In this document: in pieces, positions 14,653 to 16,193 of the stretch | Numbering within the stretch: the first letter of the stretch is position 1 | Layout: every line of letters starts with the position of its first letter | DNA from: Vulcanimicrobiota bacterium | GTDB taxonomy: Bacteria > Vulcanimicrobiota > Vulcanimicrobiia > Vulcanimicrobiales > Vulcanimicrobiaceae | Length of the DNA stretch: 16,193 nt | Direction of reading: 5' to 3' | Assembly (NCBI GenBank): GCA_003133025.1 | Contig: PKZK01000063.1 | Span: 1 to 16,193 of the forward strand | The notes under the pieces: generated by a model | What the model saw: the letters and a program-made list of their open reading frames with translations, nothing else | The model's database searches: none | What the model was told of the DNA's origin: nothing | Translations under genes and position numbers: made by a program

Positions 14653-15197
14653 GCGATACTGGAGACACGGCGCTGGTCGATGCCGCGCGGCAAGGTTCGG
14701 ATGAAGCGTTCGCCGAGCTGGTCGACCGGTATCGCGCGCCGGTCGTGCGCCTCGCCTACCGGCTGACGCACGATCCCGACGAAGCCAAGGACATCGCACA
14801 GGATGCGTTCCTGCGTGCGTACCGCGGTCTGCGCGACTTCCGCACCGACCGGCCCTTCGCGCGCTGGCTCTTCGTGATCGCCCGCAACGCGTCGCTGGAT
14901 TCGATTCGCCGGCGCAAGCGCACGAGCAGCGTCGACGCGGTGCCCGACGAAGATCAGAGTCCGACGCCTGAAGAATCGGCGCTGCGCAACGACGAGGCCG
15001 TGCGCGTGCGCGAAGCCGTCGCCGCGTTGCAACCGCGGTACCGCGCGGCGCTCGAGTTGTATTACGTGCGCGGTTTACGCTATCGCGAGATCGCGCTCGA
15101 ATTGGGCATCCCGCTCGGCACGGTAAAGACGTATATCTCCCGCGCGAAGCGCAAGCTGCGCGAAGAGTTGGAAGGCGACCTCGGCCTAGCGGCCTGA
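14649..15197 (+). CDS. ECF RNA polymerase sigma factor (sigma70 group 4)
   Basis: Region 2 AFAELVDRY...DIAQDAFLRAY...FARWLFVIARN; region 4 GLRYREIALELGIPLGTVKTYISRAKRKL. ATGA overlap with the doxX stop. Confidence 0.95.
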   Translation: MSDTGDTALVDAARQGSDEAFAELVDRYRAPVVRLAYRLTHDPDEAKDIAQDAFLRAYRGLRDFRTDRPFARWLFVIARNASLDSIRRRKRTSSVDAVPDEDQSPTPEESALRNDEAVRVREAVAALQPRYRAALELYYVRGLRYREIALELGIPLGTVKTYISRAKRKLREELEGDLGLAA

Positions 15198-15815
15198 CGC
15201 GCCGGGCGGCGCGAGCCGGCCCATCTCGTAGAACTCGCGATTAGGGCGCATGTCCATCAAGCCCGCCATGCGGTTGGAAAATCCGAAGAATGCGGCGATC
15301 GCTGCGATATCCCAGATATCGTCGCGGGAGAAGCCCGCGGCCTGCAGCGCGTCGATCTCGGCATCGCTCGCGGCGAAGCCGCGCTCGTTCACGCGCGACG
15401 CAAAGGCGAGCATCGCGCGCCAGCGCGGCGTGAGATCGGCCGTCGTCCAGTTCGTCGCGATCTGGTCGGCGAGAATCGGATCTTTACTCAGGATGCGCAG
15501 CGCCGCGCCGTGCGCCGTGACGCAATAGAGACACAGGTTTTCGGCCGACACCGCCACGACGATCGCCTCGCGCTCCGCGCGCGAGAGACCGCTCGGACCG
15601 CGCATGAGGACGTCGTGGTATTGCATGAAGGCTCGAAAGTGCTCGGGTCGCTGCGCGTACGCCCGGAAGACGTTGGGCACGAAGCCGACCTTGGTGCGAT
15701 TCTGGGCGTAGATCTCGCGGAGGTCGTCGGGCAGTTCGGCCTCGGGCGGCTCGCCGAAGCGCGAGGGCCGAAAGCGGGCGCCGTCGTGGGTTGAGGATTC
15801 GCCGGGAGAGGGCAT
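15186..15815 (-). CDS. AhpD-like / CMD-family peroxidase-related enzyme
   Basis: GFVPNVFRAYAQRP, SGLSRAEREAIVVAVSAENLCLYCVTAHG (CxxC-x3-H), DIWDIAAIAAFFGFSNR. Start set at ATG 15815, since the track ORF extends into the padR region. Confidence 0.9.
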   Translation of the reverse strand: MPSPGESSTHDGARFRPSRFGEPPEAELPDDLREIYAQNRTKVGFVPNVFRAYAQRPEHFRAFMQYHDVLMRGPSGLSRAEREAIVVAVSAENLCLYCVTAHGAALRILSKDPILADQIATNWTTADLTPRWRAMLAFASRVNERGFAASDAEIDALQAAGFSRDDIWDIAAIAAFFGFSNRMAGLMDMRPNREFYEMGRLAPPGASGR

Positions 15816-15849
15816 GCGGCGCGGTTCGGCGGTCGAACGAGCGTTCCGC

Positions 15850-15886
15850 TTGACGTATCGCGATATATCGTGATAGTGTCGCGATA
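15850..15886 (+). promoter_or_regulatory. padR promoter with overlapping palindromic operator repeats
   Basis: TTGACG (15850-15855) - 18 nt - TAGTGT (15874-15879, preceded by TGn) - 6 nt - ATG. The spacer region is TATCGCGATA-TATCGTGATA, with a third unit TGTCGCGATA at 15877-15886. Confidence 0.72.
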
Positions 15887-16193
15887 TGAGTTTTGAACAT
15901 AACCTTTTCCACGACCTCGGCCGGGTCGCCGTGGCTTTCAGCGCCGGCAAGCGCTTCGGCCGCGGACGCCACGGCCGGGATTTCGGCGTGTGGGGTCCGC
16001 CTCCGGGCGCCGGTTGGCCGGGCGAGCGCCGCACCCGGCGGGGCGACGTCAAGTACGCCATCCTCGAAGTGCTGGCCGAACAGCCGCGCCACGGCTACGA
16101 CGTGATCAAGGAACTCGAAGGCCGCCGCGGCGGCGGTCGTCCGAGCGCGGGCTCGGTCTATCCGACCCTGCAGATGCTCGAAGACGAAGGCTG
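15886..16193 (+). CDS. PadR family transcriptional regulator (YqjI-like; runs off the window edge)
   Basis: Manual translation MSFEHNLFHDLGRVAVAFSAGKRFGRGRHGRDFGVWGPPPGAGWPGERRTRRGDVKYAILEVLAEQPRHGYDVIKELEGRRGGGRPSAGSVYPTLQMLEDEG. Confidence 0.93.
   Translation, partial: MSFEHNLFHDLGRVAVAFSAGKRFGRGRHGRDFGVWGPPPGAGWPGERRTRRGDVKYAILEVLAEQPRHGYDVIKELEGRRGGGRPSAGSVYPTLQMLEDEG

Noticed and set aside
14649..15197. The ECF sigma as the target of the STAS/RsbW partner switch
   Set aside because: The recurring promoter motif is SigB/SigF-like rather than the usual ECF AAC/CGT type, and the ECF appears to belong to the MarR-doxX unit. Not excluded, but unsupported.
15816..16061. N-terminal extension of the AhpD-like ORF
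   Set aside because: Overlaps the padR promoter and the padR coding sequence on the opposite strand.
1..16193. CRISPR array, IS/transposase, tRNA/rRNA, prophage or defence genes
   Set aside because: No spaced direct repeats, terminal inverted repeats, cloverleaf structures or matching protein motifs seen by eye; a covariance-model search would be needed to exclude small RNAs formally.

Overview
High-GC bacterial chromosomal window; no rRNA, tRNA, CRISPR or mobile element was recognised. The gene style is reminiscent of Eremiobacterota/Vulcanimicrobiota, but that is only an impression. Left part (1-8238): a minus-strand ctaA-ctaB-MFS operon with its own sigma70-type promoter, a secreted hypothetical protein, then a plus-strand run (PrcB-like lipoprotein, GH130, membrane-anchored hypothetical, prfC, membrane-anchored hypothetical, PLP-dependent Ser/Thr dehydratase). 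Middle (8183-13647): a partner-switching cluster with a STAS anti-anti-sigma factor, a stand-alone PP2C/RsbU-type phosphatase and a PAS-GAF-PP2C-RsbW fusion. It is interleaved with stress-type genes and at least five microproteins (Pro-rich, two acidic, one Cys/His, one membrane). Six genes here share a SigB/SigF-like promoter motif G(T/A)TT-N15-16-GGG(T/A/C)A, and four of them start 9-10 nt after the -10 box, so they look leaderless. A GU-stabilised hairpin lies in the divergent promoter region. Right part (13698-16193): MarR divergent from a doxX-ECF sigma operon with no adjacent anti-sigma gene, an AhpD-like protein, and a truncated PadR regulator. Both regulators have visible palindromic operators and leaderless sigma70-type promoters.
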